From positions 28,487 through 92,486 of the IMG/VR virus record IMGVR_UViG_3300017742_000001: a stretch of DNA of 64,000 nucleotides; one strand, given 5' to 3'. The notes under the pieces are model-generated. The model did not search any database, was not told the origin of the DNA, and saw nothing but the letters and a program-made list of their open reading frames with translations. This DNA is from a virus. Every line of letters starts with the position of its first letter. The stretch's first letter is position 1. A program made the translations under genes and the position numbers. This document shows, piece by piece, positions 18,796-28,785 of this stretch.

Positions 18796-21700
18796 TGAGT
18801 GAAAGAGAATACGTAGTAGTTGTTAACAAAGGTGTTAACTTAACAGAACTAGAAGCAGAACTAACAGCAAGTTCTGGATCAGGACCTATTCCAGATAGAT
18901 CAGTACCAGTTGCCGATGCAAGAATTGGGTCAACTAGAATGACTCACTTTATGCTTACTGCTGATGAAGCAACTGAATTAATGAAAGACGATAGAGTATT
19001 GTCTGTAGAAATTCCAGTTGGGGAAAGGACAGATATACAAATTGGTCATCACTTAACACAAGGCGGATCAAACTTTAGAAGATCTACTGTACATTCAAAT
19101 ACAGATATCAACTGGGGCCTAGTACGATGTGCCGGCACATCAAATGCAATGTATCAAAACAATGTTGCACCTTCCAACGATTATATAACTGGGCTTGGCG
19201 GCAACGGAGTTGATGTTGTAATACAAGATAGTGGTATTCAAGCAGACCATCCAGATTTCTTTGATAGAAATGGTACTACAAGAGTACAACAAATTAATTG
19301 GTATACTGCTAGTGGAATAGCAGGAACGCAGGATTCAAATTTTTACGAAGATTATGATGGACACGGTACGCACTGTGCAAGTATTGCAGCAGGTTTGAAA
19401 TACGGCTGGGCAAAAGCAGCAAACATTTATGCACAAAAATTAGCAGGACTAGAAGGAACAGGCGATCCTGGTAATGGTATTTCAATAGGTAATGCATTTG
19501 ATGCAATTAGATTATGGCACAATGCAAAAACAAATGGTCGTCCTACAGTAGTTAATATGAGTTGGGGATACAGCACAAACATAACTACAGATCCATCTAG
19601 CGGAAATTATCGAGGTTCTGCTTGGGTTTGGAATCCAGGTGAATTTGTAGAAGGGTATGATTCAAGAGATGGCTTGTTTAGTTCTACAGGTGTAGTTGAC
19701 AAACTATTTGGTGGCGGCGCATATACAATTATGCCTAATCGTGTTACATCTGTTGACGCTGAAATAGATGATATGATTGCAGCAGGAATACACGTAGTAA
19801 TTGCAGCAGGAAACAATATATTTAAACACGATGTTCCAGCCGGAGATGATTACAATAATACAGTAGTGTTTAGTGGCACAACTTATAACTATCATAGAGG
19901 TAGTTCACCTCATAGTGATGATGCAGGCTGCTTTGAAGTAGGTAATATAGACTACCATACTGAAGAATTGATTGGTGGTACAGGAACAGACATCATTACA
20001 GATTCTAGCACACGAGGACCTGCAATTAATATGTTAGCACCGGGTCAAGAAATTATGGCTGCAACAAGTACAACTAATAGATTTACAGATTTTAATTATC
20101 CAGAAAATACCAATTTTAAAATTACAGCGATTGGCGGAACAAGTATGGCGGCACCTCAAGTAGCAGGTGTTATTGCACAGCATTTAGAAGTATTTCCTGA
20201 AATAACTCCTGCACAAATGCAAACAAGAATTACAAATGATGCAGTATCAGATGTAATTTACACAACTAATAACGACACAGATTATAATGCTTACCCAAAT
20301 AGTTTAATGGGTACTCCTAACAAAATGTTATATAGCAGATATAATCAGCAACCTTTGTCATTTACAGGATTTGCGATGACAACAGGAGCATCAAGTGCTA
20401 CTTACGCATTGGCAGCGGATGTAACAAATGTAAATGAAGGTGGTACAGTTACATTTACTTTAACCACAACTGGTTTACCGGACGGCACAGCAGTTTCTTA
20501 TGCAATTAGTGGGATACAATCAGGTGATTTAAGTTCAGGATCAACATCGGGAGCATTCACTGTTACAAGTAATACTGCAACAGCAGCATTTACACTTGCA
20601 AACGATCTTACAACTGAAGGTGCAGAAACACTAACTTTATCATTGCTTAACGGTCAAGGCTCGCAAGCAGTTACAGTTAATGATACTAGTGTTACACCAC
20701 CAGCAGCAACTTATACACTAAGTTCAGATGTAACAAATGTAAATGAAGGTGGTACAGTTACATTTACATTAACAACTACACAAATTCCAGATGCAACAAA
20801 TATTCCTTATACAATTACAGGAGTAACTAGTGCTGACATAGGCGGTGAATCACTGACAGGAAACTTTACAATTACTTCTGGTACTGGAGATGTAGCAATT
20901 ACGTTTGCAGAAGACAGTACAACAGAAGGTGCTGAAACTATTAGATTGAGTTTGGATAACGGTGTAGACTTCCACGATGTTACAGTTAATGACACAAGTC
21001 AAGCACCAGTTACACCAGATCCAACATACACATTATCTGGTCCTTTAAGCGCAAACGAAGGCGATACATTTACAGTAACTTTAACTACAACTAACGTAGA
21101 AGACGCTACAGAGGTCGCATATAGCGTTACAGGCACCATTAATAGTGACTTTACAAGTGGAACTACACTAGGTAACTTTGTAGTAAACAACAATACTGCA
21201 CAAGTAAGTTGGACACTTGCAGCGGATCTAAGTACAGAAGGCACAGAGGCTATGCTTGTAAGTTTGGATAACGGCGAAGATACACACACTATTAGTATTC
21301 AAGATACAAGTAGAACTATAGTGTATACAAATCTAATTAATGATGCAACAGGCGGTACTATTCAGGAAGGGCAAAGTGTTACATTTACTCTAACAGGTAC
21401 TAATATTCCTGACGGTACAACAGTTCCGTATACAGTAACAGGTATTACAAATCCACAAGACACGGATGATGCCTTATCAGGAAACTTTACAATGGCCAGT
21501 GGCACAGATAGTGTTACTATTACTCTTAACGAAGATGTTACAACTGAAGGTGCAGAAACACTTACATTTACACTAGGTGCTACAGATAGTCTTGGAACTG
21601 CAACAGGTGCATTAAGTCAAAATATTACAATTCAAGATACTTCAGTTACATTTATTCCAGATTATACAATTACAGTAGAGCATAGCGGAAACAATTATTT

Positions 21701-21983
21701 GTTGAGCGGTACTGATAGAAGTGCGTCATTTGCAAGTGCATCACAGCCTGCATTAACATTTAATACAGGAGATAAAGTACAGTTTGTAGTCAATTCTGAT
21801 ACTGCAAGCGCACACCCATTCTACATAAAAACTTCACAAGGTAGTGGGCTAGGTAATCAAGTATCAGACGTTTCTGGGCAAGGAACAGGCCAACTAAATT
21901 GGACTATTGCTAGTACAGGAACTTACTATTATCAGTGTAGTATACACGGTGGTATGAATAATACAATTACTGTAAACACATAA
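18795..21983 (+). CDS. Subtilisin-like S8 serine protease fused to four Ig/Calx-like repeats and a C-terminal cupredoxin-like domain
   Basis: Triad motifs VVIQDSG / HGTHCA / GTSMAAP; ~103-aa repeats (NEG.TVTFTLTT...D.TTEG.E); HPF...YYYQCSIHGGM. Confidence 0.85.
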   Translation: MSEREYVVVVNKGVNLTELEAELTASSGSGPIPDRSVPVADARIGSTRMTHFMLTADEATELMKDDRVLSVEIPVGERTDIQIGHHLTQGGSNFRRSTVHSNTDINWGLVRCAGTSNAMYQNNVAPSNDYITGLGGNGVDVVIQDSGIQADHPDFFDRNGTTRVQQINWYTASGIAGTQDSNFYEDYDGHGTHCASIAAGLKYGWAKAANIYAQKLAGLEGTGDPGNGISIGNAFDAIRLWHNAKTNGRPTVVNMSWGYSTNITTDPSSGNYRGSAWVWNPGEFVEGYDSRDGLFSSTGVVDKLFGGGAYTIMPNRVTSVDAEIDDMIAAGIHVVIAAGNNIFKHDVPAGDDYNNTVVFSGTTYNYHRGSSPHSDDAGCFEVGNIDYHTEELIGGTGTDIITDSSTRGPAINMLAPGQEIMAATSTTNRFTDFNYPENTNFKITAIGGTSMAAPQVAGVIAQHLEVFPEITPAQMQTRITNDAVSDVIYTTNNDTDYNAYPNSLMGTPNKMLYSRYNQQPLSFTGFAMTTGASSATYALAADVTNVNEGGTVTFTLTTTGLPDGTAVSYAISGIQSGDLSSGSTSGAFTVTSNTATAAFTLANDLTTEGAETLTLSLLNGQGSQAVTVNDTSVTPPAATYTLSSDVTNVNEGGTVTFTLTTTQIPDATNIPYTITGVTSADIGGESLTGNFTITSGTGDVAITFAEDSTTEGAETIRLSLDNGVDFHDVTVNDTSQAPVTPDPTYTLSGPLSANEGDTFTVTLTTTNVEDATEVAYSVTGTINSDFTSGTTLGNFVVNNNTAQVSWTLAADLSTEGTEAMLVSLDNGEDTHTISIQDTSRTIVYTNLINDATGGTIQEGQSVTFTLTGTNIPDGTTVPYTVTGITNPQDTDDALSGNFTMASGTDSVTITLNEDVTTEGAETLTFTLGATDSLGTATGALSQNITIQDTSVTFIPDYTITVEHSGNNYLLSGTDRSASFASASQPALTFNTGDKVQFVVNSDTASAHPFYIKTSQGSGLGNQVSDVSGQGTGQLNWTIASTGTYYYQCSIHGGMNNTITVNT
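20418..20767 (+). repeat. Exact 41-bp direct repeat (20418-20458 and 20727-20767) at the start of Ig-like repeats 1 and 2
   Basis: GATGTAACAAATGTAAATGAAGGTGGTACAGTTACATTTAC occurs twice, 309 bp apart. Confidence 0.9.
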
Positions 21984-22004
21984 ATACATACGAGGTAACA
22001 ATAT

Positions 22005-22871
22005 ATGGCTATTAATTTTCCAAACACACCAACGCTAGATGACACATTCACTGACGGCGAAACATCGTGGCAATGGAACGGTACAACTTGGAACTTAGTG
22101 ACAAGCACAGCCAGTGTTACTCCTAATACGTTTCAAACTATTACTGTAGCAGGACAGGATAACGTTGTAGCAAGTTCTGGATCAGATACACTTACAATTG
22201 TGCAAGGATCTAATATAACACTAACTACTGATGCAACAGGCAAGTCTCTAACTATCGAAGGTCAAGCAGGTGGAGGCGGCGGAGATGTAAATCAAAACGC
22301 ATTCAGTAATATTGTAGTATCGGGCGCAACTACTGTAGCAGCAGACGCAGTTTCAGATTCATTAAATTTAGTTGCAGGTTCTGGTATTTCATTATCAACA
22401 AACGGTACCGACAGTGTTACAATTACATCAACTGCTGGTGCGCCAACCTTTGGTACACTTTCAGATGTACAAAATGCAAGTTTAAATTTAGGTTCAATAT
22501 ACTTACCTGCAATGACTAGACTTGTAGTAACCAATAACGGATTAAGTTCTTATAGATTTGATCAATATGGTACTGCTGATAATCCAACAGTTTATGCTAT
22601 TAATGGCACAACAATTGCATTTGATTTACAAGCAGGCGGTTCACATCCATTTGAAATACAAGATCCAATTGGTAATGCTTATACAGGTGCTGGCTTAGTA
22701 CACGTTGCAAGCGACGGAACAGTTACTACTGGCTCAGGTGCAAACAGTAAGGTAGGCGGTATTATGTATTGGAAGATTCCGCAAAGTATATCAGGCGGTT
22801 ATAGATATCAATGTACAAACCACTCTGCTATGGTCGGAAGTTTGTTTATTAAAGATATTGCTTCAATCTAA
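22005..22871 (+). CDS. Virion protein with C-terminal cupredoxin-like domain
   Basis: MAINFP.TP...WQWNGTTW N-terminus; two 'F.TI.V.G...VVA....DTL..V.G' repeats; HPF...YRYQCTNHSAM. Late promoter TAAATA at 21981. Confidence 0.7.
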   Translation: MAINFPNTPTLDDTFTDGETSWQWNGTTWNLVTSTASVTPNTFQTITVAGQDNVVASSGSDTLTIVQGSNITLTTDATGKSLTIEGQAGGGGGDVNQNAFSNIVVSGATTVAADAVSDSLNLVAGSGISLSTNGTDSVTITSTAGAPTFGTLSDVQNASLNLGSIYLPAMTRLVVTNNGLSSYRFDQYGTADNPTVYAINGTTIAFDLQAGGSHPFEIQDPIGNAYTGAGLVHVASDGTVTTGSGANSKVGGIMYWKIPQSISGGYRYQCTNHSAMVGSLFIKDIASI

Positions 22872-23128
22872 AAATTTTTAGTTAAATCTTCAATCTGTTT
22901 TCTAATACTAGAAATAATATCTCTAGTGTCATCTTGATTAAACTTTTTAGCAGTTTCAGAATTCATTAATAGTTGTTCGTGCCATCTATCTAGTTCCTGC
23001 ACTTCGCCCTCTAGTTGTCTAAGTAAATTTGTAGACTTTAATTTTGCGTCACCATCAGGCATTTTATTAATTCGCTCTTGAAACGTTTTCTTTTCTTGCA
23101 AATATCTTGGATTATCTTTAAGAAGCAT
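22868..23128 (-). CDS. Hypothetical helical protein
   Basis: Overlaps the upstream minus-strand gene; codon-like composition. Confidence 0.55.
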   Translation of the reverse strand: MLLKDNPRYLQEKKTFQERINKMPDGDAKLKSTNLLRQLEGEVQELDRWHEQLLMNSETAKKFNQDDTRDIISSIRKQIEDLTKNF

Positions 23129-23498
23129 TTTCTAACTCCAATACAGTTTCTATCTTGGTTCTTATTAAACTATTATTTAAAGTATTTCTCAAACCATTGT
23201 GTATATTCTTGGGTAATGTATCTAATGTTGCCCAGCAAAACGTATCAACTACTGTTGGCATAAATTCGTAATCTACTAAACAGATATAGGTACTATATTC
23301 AAATCCTTTATCTTTTGATAGATACAATTCAATAGGTAAAATTCTACCTTCTGAAAAGTCTGTCATTGCTTGTTTACTATCGTCGAAAAGTGTTTTGTTT
23401 CTAGCAAAGGTAGGAACAGTCCACTTTTCTTTTTCAAGAATAAGCAGTATTCGCTTCTCTATTTTAGATAAAAATAAAAGTCCGGCACGTTTTTGCAT
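23118..23498 (-). CDS. Nudix-fold-like protein lacking the Nudix box
   Basis: 'AGLLF.S...RILL...W..P' and '..W..LD.LP..IH' flanking motifs, but no GX5EX7REUXEE. Confidence 0.45.
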   Translation of the reverse strand: MQKRAGLLFLSKIEKRILLILEKEKWTVPTFARNKTLFDDSKQAMTDFSEGRILPIELYLSKDKGFEYSTYICLVDYEFMPTVVDTFCWATLDTLPKNIHNGLRNTLNNSLIRTKIETVLELENAS

Positions 23499-23506
23499 AC
23501 TATTAA

Positions 23507-24961
23507 TTATGCAGGATCAGGATCGAGTCTCCAATATCCTGGTGAGTATTCGCCTTCGAATGATTTTAACCATTGAATACCGTCCCACTTGTATTGGATT
23601 CCTGTTCTAATGTTTGTTACATATGTTGTATCGCTTGCCGTAGCAGTGTCAAACACATTTACCCAACTTGATCCGTCCCATTCTACAATATTGTTTTCTA
23701 ATAATTGATATGACGATTGACTAGAACCGTCAGTGCCTTTCCAAGCATCTGGACTTACACTGTCTGGATCGCCTACACTTTCTAATAAAAGATATCTAGT
23801 TCCAACAGGTATATTTGCTACTCCGTTCCATTTATCTATAGGATTAAATGTAGTTGGATTTACAATAGCATCTATAGATGTACGTTGAGCTGGTGCTCTA
23901 GAACCATCAATAATTGTGTTACCTGGAATAGTATCTTGGTCAAATGTAACTAATAGTATTTTAGGATCAGTTGGATGTATTGCAAAAGTTGCTGCCATTT
24001 CTGTGTTATTAGGCTGCTTGAAATAGATTACACTGTTTGCATTAAAGTTACCTAAACGTGTAAGTATTGCATTCCAATCATACTGTTTATTATTAGCAAC
24101 GCTTTCTTTTTCGCCAAGACCTACGCTTTCAATTGCTGCATATGGATCAATAATTGTTAGTTCGTAATCGTATGGTTGATTGTTATTAGCCTTAAACAGT
24201 AATACAGGAAATCTTGGATTTACATAAACTGTATTGCTACCGTTACCGTTATAAACAAGTGAACTAATGTTTTTAACGTCACCCTCTTCAGTAAATATGT
24301 TTGCAATAATACTTCTAATAACACCTAGTTTTTTAACTTTAACTGGTGGAGAAATCCAAATTGGAATTGTAAAATCTAAACTACAAATATCAATATCTGA
24401 ATCTGTACCTGCAGGAATTGATCTTGAACTAAAGTTTGTATTATCTAAATATACAACACTTAAACTTGTCCAATCAATATAATTATCTGTTGTTTGTATT
24501 TCTAGCGCAGGGTTAAACAGCACTAGTATCTGTTCTAGTAATTGTAATTTTTGATCAGTGTTACTAGTCCATATATCTGCTTTCATAGTTAGTGTATATG
24601 GAGTAGGCATCAATCTTTCTACAGTTACATTTTTACCTTGCTCGCCTGTATATTCTCTAGTACCATCATCTTGTTCAGAATATCTACGTTCTCTAATATT
24701 AACTTTACTTGTAAATGTAGGATCAGAAAGTCTACTCGGATCAGTTTGTAAATTTGTAACATAACAAGCCATACGTGGAACTGTAGGCATTTTGTTTTCA
24801 GAGTTTTCTCTAATAATATTTGATACTTGACGAGTTAGATCACCATACATCACTGGAACAGTTTGTTGCTTGCCGTCACCTGCTTCGTATTTGAAGCCGA
24901 TAAACACACGCATAAACTGTGTAATATATCTTCTAATTTGTCCGTCGTAGAAAAAATCCAT
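23507..24961 (-). CDS. Tail sheath stabilizer / tail terminator (T4 gp15-like) with C-terminal extension
   Basis: FFYD.QIRRY..QF, VPVMYG, PRM, PTPY.L...IW...DQKLQLLEQIL.LFNP. Confidence 0.75.
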   Translation of the reverse strand: MDFFYDGQIRRYITQFMRVFIGFKYEAGDGKQQTVPVMYGDLTRQVSNIIRENSENKMPTVPRMACYVTNLQTDPSRLSDPTFTSKVNIRERRYSEQDDGTREYTGEQGKNVTVERLMPTPYTLTMKADIWTSNTDQKLQLLEQILVLFNPALEIQTTDNYIDWTSLSVVYLDNTNFSSRSIPAGTDSDIDICSLDFTIPIWISPPVKVKKLGVIRSIIANIFTEEGDVKNISSLVYNGNGSNTVYVNPRFPVLLFKANNNQPYDYELTIIDPYAAIESVGLGEKESVANNKQYDWNAILTRLGNFNANSVIYFKQPNNTEMAATFAIHPTDPKILLVTFDQDTIPGNTIIDGSRAPAQRTSIDAIVNPTTFNPIDKWNGVANIPVGTRYLLLESVGDPDSVSPDAWKGTDGSSQSSYQLLENNIVEWDGSSWVNVFDTATASDTTYVTNIRTGIQYKWDGIQWLKSFEGEYSPGYWRLDPDPA

Positions 24962-25140
24962 TACTTGTTTGCCTTGTTAAATTTATTTGTGAATGCTGTG
25001 TCGTCACCTTTGGCTGCTGCTGCCCTACGCTTTTGAATTTTTAGTGAAATAGGTTCTTCTTCCTTTTCAGGAGGTCTTCTTTTTACAGTATGTTTCTTTG
25101 GTCTGCTAGTTGCAAATCCTAAAATTTCATCAATACGCAT
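24961..25140 (-). CDS. Small basic protein (59 aa, not in ORF track)
   Basis: MRIDEILGFATSRPKKH...NKANK*; couples exactly with both neighbours (TAATG overlaps). Confidence 0.7.
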   Translation of the reverse strand: MRIDEILGFATSRPKKHTVKRRPPEKEEEPISLKIQKRRAAAAKGDDTAFTNKFNKANK

Positions 25141-26513
25141 TATTCATCTGCCTTTGGTTTTAGTGCTTTAGAAAGACTTTGTTTTTCCTTAACAGTCTTG
25201 CCATCAATAACTTGTTGGTTTGTGTTATTAATAAATGTTGATTTAAGTCCTTTATTTTCTCTAGCATCGTGTCCAGCAAAGTCTTTACCTGCTGCTACAT
25301 CACTTGGTCCTAAGTTACTCATTGTCATTCTCACATCATCTTCAACTTTACCCCATCTTCCTTTCTTGAAGATGAAAAGCCTTGTTGGTTTGTAATCTGT
25401 TCGTAAGTGGAATTGTCCTTCTCCAGGATTCATAGGAAATGCAATGCCTTGTGTAAATGGAGCACCGTTAGGCGGTATTCCATCTCCTACTAAGTATCCT
25501 TTATATCCTGACATCTCAGCATTTGCATTAACCATATCAGCAGTGTAACTTGTGAATACTTCTTCACCATTGTCATCATATACAGGATTGCCGTTTGCAT
25601 CTGTTGACGGTATTAGTAGTTGTGTATCGTCTGCTGTTACTAGTTCTGCATTACCAACTTCATCACGCTGTAATGTATAAAATTTAGTTGTGTCATAACC
25701 ACTTTGTGGAGCATCTGCTTCTGCTTGATCAAGAACTGCACCTGTAATTTGCATTTCTTTTTCGTATGTAGACATAATATCTTTAAGTGTATCTGCAAGT
25801 TTCCAAGCGCCACCTGGAGGAGAATCAGTAGTTTCTGATAATGCTTCGTATTTCTCACCATTGTAAGAAACTATATCTCCAGGAAAGTAAGTTGAATTAG
25901 TATTGTATTCGCCTTTGTTATTTTCTTCACCTGCAACGGCATCTAAAATATCTTTAAATTCTTGTGAGTCTACTAGCGGTTTACATTTTGCTCTGTATAA
26001 ATGAGGATACCAAGTTACAGAAAATCCTTCTGCTGCTCTGTTAACATCTTCAATTACATAAAATCTTTTAAGTGCATAATTTAAATCATTTAATGCATAT
26101 TCGTCTTGTAAGTGAGGTAATTCAATAACATCACCTGCTATAATTTTTCTGCCTAGTTTTTCAACTGTGTCATTAATATGGAATGTAACAAATAATGTAT
26201 CATTTTGTAAAAACAAACCAAACTGACTAAGATTAAAATCTACATCATTTACATTGTATACTCCACGTAACTGATATACATCAGGATCATATTTACGATC
26301 TCTGTTTTCAAGAAACAACATATCTTGTATATTTGTAGGATCGTCTGTACTGTACTTAGGTGTAGTAGGAGTTTCTTCTCTACTGCTGCCTGGTCCCAGA
26401 TATCGGTGAACAAGCACATCGGTTCCGCCTACCTGAAACATTTCCCAGGCAGTTTTATCAATAAATCTGTAATCGTTTCCCTTCTCGGGACGGTATAAAC
26501 TCAGTCTTGGCAT
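25140..26513 (-). CDS. Neck/head-completion protein (T4 gp14-like)
   Basis: 'LSQFGLFL.ND', 'GDVIELPH'; sits next to gp13- and gp15-like genes. Confidence 0.55.
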   Translation of the reverse strand: MPRLSLYRPEKGNDYRFIDKTAWEMFQVGGTDVLVHRYLGPGSSREETPTTPKYSTDDPTNIQDMLFLENRDRKYDPDVYQLRGVYNVNDVDFNLSQFGLFLQNDTLFVTFHINDTVEKLGRKIIAGDVIELPHLQDEYALNDLNYALKRFYVIEDVNRAAEGFSVTWYPHLYRAKCKPLVDSQEFKDILDAVAGEENNKGEYNTNSTYFPGDIVSYNGEKYEALSETTDSPPGGAWKLADTLKDIMSTYEKEMQITGAVLDQAEADAPQSGYDTTKFYTLQRDEVGNAELVTADDTQLLIPSTDANGNPVYDDNGEEVFTSYTADMVNANAEMSGYKGYLVGDGIPPNGAPFTQGIAFPMNPGEGQFHLRTDYKPTRLFIFKKGRWGKVEDDVRMTMSNLGPSDVAAGKDFAGHDARENKGLKSTFINNTNQQVIDGKTVKEKQSLSKALKPKADE

Positions 26514-26521
26514 AGTATATG

Positions 26522-26552
26522 TATTTACCTAATCCGTCTCAAGGCATAAATA
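26522..26552. promoter_or_regulatory. Back-to-back late promoters between the neck genes
   Basis: TATTTA (minus-strand TAAATA) at 26522-26527 and TAAATA at 26547-26552. Confidence 0.65.
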
Positions 26553-26557
26553 CTTAT

Positions 26558-27316
26558 ATGAGCCAGATAGACAACGCAAAACAAGAAGTATTTGATTACG
26601 TAAAAGCAATGCTCGGCGACGGTATGATCGACGTCGAACTAGATCCCGTTCATTACGAAACAGGATTAAAACGTGCGCTGGGAGTTTTTAGACAGCGTTC
26701 TGATAACGCAGTTGAAGAAAGTTATATTACACTTACACTTGAAAGTGAAAAGAATGATTATATTTTACCTGATGAAATACAGCAAGTAAGACAAATTTTT
26801 AGACGTTCAGTTGGTTCACGTACAGGTAACGGAACAGGCGGTACAGTATTTGAACCGTTCAACTTAGCATACACTAATACATATTTGTTAAGTTCAACCA
26901 ATATGGGCGGACTTGCAACATACGAATTATTTGCAGGTTATCAAGAAATGGTAGGTAAAATGTTTGGTTCATTTATCAACTTTACTTGGAATCCGCAAAG
27001 TAAGAAACTAATTATTATGCAACGTCCTAGAGGAGAAGAACAAGTACTTCTTTGGTGTTACAATAATAAACCTGATTACACAATCATTAATGATCAATAT
27101 GCAGGACAGTGGGTTAAAGATTATACACTTGCTAATTGCAAAGTAATGCTAGGACAAGCAAGAGAAAAATTTGCTAGTATCGCAGGTCCACAAGGCGGAA
27201 CTGCACTTAACGGTGCTAGTATTAAACAAGAAGGCTTTCAGGATATTGAAAGGCTGACAGCAGAATTGGTAACACTAGTACCAGGTGGCCAAGGGTACTA
27301 TTGGATTAACGGATAA
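26558..27316 (+). CDS. Neck protein (T4 gp13-like)
   Basis: 'LGDGMIDVEL', 'WVKDYTLA.CK..LG.AR.KF..I.GPQGG..LNG'; start MSQID at 26558. Confidence 0.75.
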   Translation: MSQIDNAKQEVFDYVKAMLGDGMIDVELDPVHYETGLKRALGVFRQRSDNAVEESYITLTLESEKNDYILPDEIQQVRQIFRRSVGSRTGNGTGGTVFEPFNLAYTNTYLLSSTNMGGLATYELFAGYQEMVGKMFGSFINFTWNPQSKKLIIMQRPRGEEQVLLWCYNNKPDYTIINDQYAGQWVKDYTLANCKVMLGQAREKFASIAGPQGGTALNGASIKQEGFQDIERLTAELVTLVPGGQGYYWING

Positions 27317-27654
27317 TGAAAGCAACAGAATTTATATCAGAAGAGTACGAACAGTTTTATACAGAAACTGCAAAAATGGTTTGGGGACGAACTACAGGTA
27401 CTGCAAAAGGTGGAAAGACCAAACTGCGTTTCCGTTGTTCAAGTGGACCTAGAGCAGGTAGACAAGTTAGTCATCCATCCAAATGCCATCAGCAGTATAA
27501 TGTTGCCAAAGCACAAAAAATGAAGACGACCAGAGCAAGAACTGGTCCTACAGCAGTACGTAGACAGCAACGTACTAAGTCTATTAACACAGCAAGTGTG
27601 TTAGCACGTAAACTTAATACGGGCAAACCAGGCCAGCCAAGACCGTATATTTAG
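27316..27654 (+). CDS. Small basic protein with acidic N-terminal peptide (putative internal head protein)
   Basis: MKATEFISEE followed by a K/R-rich body. Confidence 0.55.
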   Translation: MKATEFISEEYEQFYTETAKMVWGRTTGTAKGGKTKLRFRCSSGPRAGRQVSHPSKCHQQYNVAKAQKMKTTRARTGPTAVRRQQRTKSINTASVLARKLNTGKPGQPRPYI

Positions 27655-27656
27655 AC

Positions 27657-27684
27657 TTGACAATCCTACAGATGATGCTATAAT
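27657..27684 (+). promoter_or_regulatory. Sigma70-type promoter for dNMP kinase
   Basis: TTGACA-N16-TATAAT with an extended TGn -10. Confidence 0.75.
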
Positions 27685-27712
27685 GTTTAGTATTACTTAG
27701 GAGATATCATTT

Positions 27713-28336
27713 ATGATTATAGGCATTTGCGGTTTTATTGGCTGCGGCAAAGACACAGTAGCAGATTATCTAACAAACGATCACGGCTTTCGTAGAGAAA
27801 GTTTTGCAGGAACACTGAAAGATGCAGTGGCTCATATTTTTGGGTGGAATAGAGAAATGCTAGAAGGTAGATCTAAAGAAGCTCGTGAATGGCGTGAGCA
27901 AATAGATCCGTGGTGGGCAGAACGGTTAGATATGCCAACACTAACTCCAAGATGGGTGTTACAATATTGGGGTACAGAAGTTGCTAGAAAAGCATTCCAC
28001 GATGATATTTGGGTAGCAAGTTTAGAAAATAAACTGCGTAACAGTACAGATGATGTTGTTATTAGCGACTGTAGATTTCCTAATGAAGTTGATGTGATCC
28101 ATAAAGCAGGCGGAAAAGTTGTTTGGGTAAAACGTGGAGATTTGCCTAGTTGGTATACAAATGCACAACAAGCAAATGAAGGATCAAACTATCATATCAA
28201 TGAGATGAAAGTGCAAAAAATACATCCTAGCGAATGGGCGTGGATTAATAGTAAGTTTGATGCTGTAGTTGAAAATAACGGATCTATTGATCAGTTGTAT
28301 GCGCAAGTAGAAAATCTACTAGTAGTCAGCCACTAA
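27713..28336 (+). CDS. Deoxynucleoside monophosphate kinase (T4 gp1-like)
   Basis: GFIGCGKDT P-loop, FA..LKD, TPR.VLQ.WGTE, DCRFPNE. Confidence 0.9.
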   Translation: MIIGICGFIGCGKDTVADYLTNDHGFRRESFAGTLKDAVAHIFGWNREMLEGRSKEAREWREQIDPWWAERLDMPTLTPRWVLQYWGTEVARKAFHDDIWVASLENKLRNSTDDVVISDCRFPNEVDVIHKAGGKVVWVKRGDLPSWYTNAQQANEGSNYHINEMKVQKIHPSEWAWINSKFDAVVENNGSIDQLYAQVENLLVVSH

Positions 28337-28654
28337 GTCACCCTGTTTCCAGCGTATATTCTCTTTAGATAATACGCTCCTACAATTAGCACATACAGTT
28401 TTAAGATTTTGCGGTCTACAATTGTCAAGGTTTTCATCTACGTGAAATACTCTGAATACTTCCTTGTGCTGTGATTTGAATCCGCATTTATCGCACTGTT
28501 TTTTAATTTTGTAACCTGCACGTTGCCATCTAGGCACACCGTGATACAGACCGTGTTTACTGCAACCTTCACACAAACTTCTGTAGTATGTCTTTCCTTG
28601 CTTCTTATAGTTTACTGCACGGGGTCTTAATCCGCACTTACATAGTGGTCTCAT
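28319..28654 (-). CDS. Zn-binding HNH-like protein
   Basis: CxC..CxxC..CxxC, 'VFHVDENLDN....NL.TVCANC'; start MRPLC at 28654, 5 nt after TAAATA. Confidence 0.7.
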   Translation of the reverse strand: MRPLCKCGLRPRAVNYKKQGKTYYRSLCEGCSKHGLYHGVPRWQRAGYKIKKQCDKCGFKSQHKEVFRVFHVDENLDNCRPQNLKTVCANCRSVLSKENIRWKQGDLVADY

Positions 28655-28785
28655 ACATATATTTACACCTTTTCGACCCCTTTTTATATAGGTATAAACA
28701 GCACTTTTTATCCGATCCAACTAAATACATTAGTAATACAGATTAGGTATAACAATATACTTTTACATTACCAGGAGAAACAGGA

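Noticed and set aside
28319-28654. Mobile homing endonuclease
   Set aside because: It is small, has its own late promoter, and shows no intron or intein context. It looks like a resident Zn/HNH protein.
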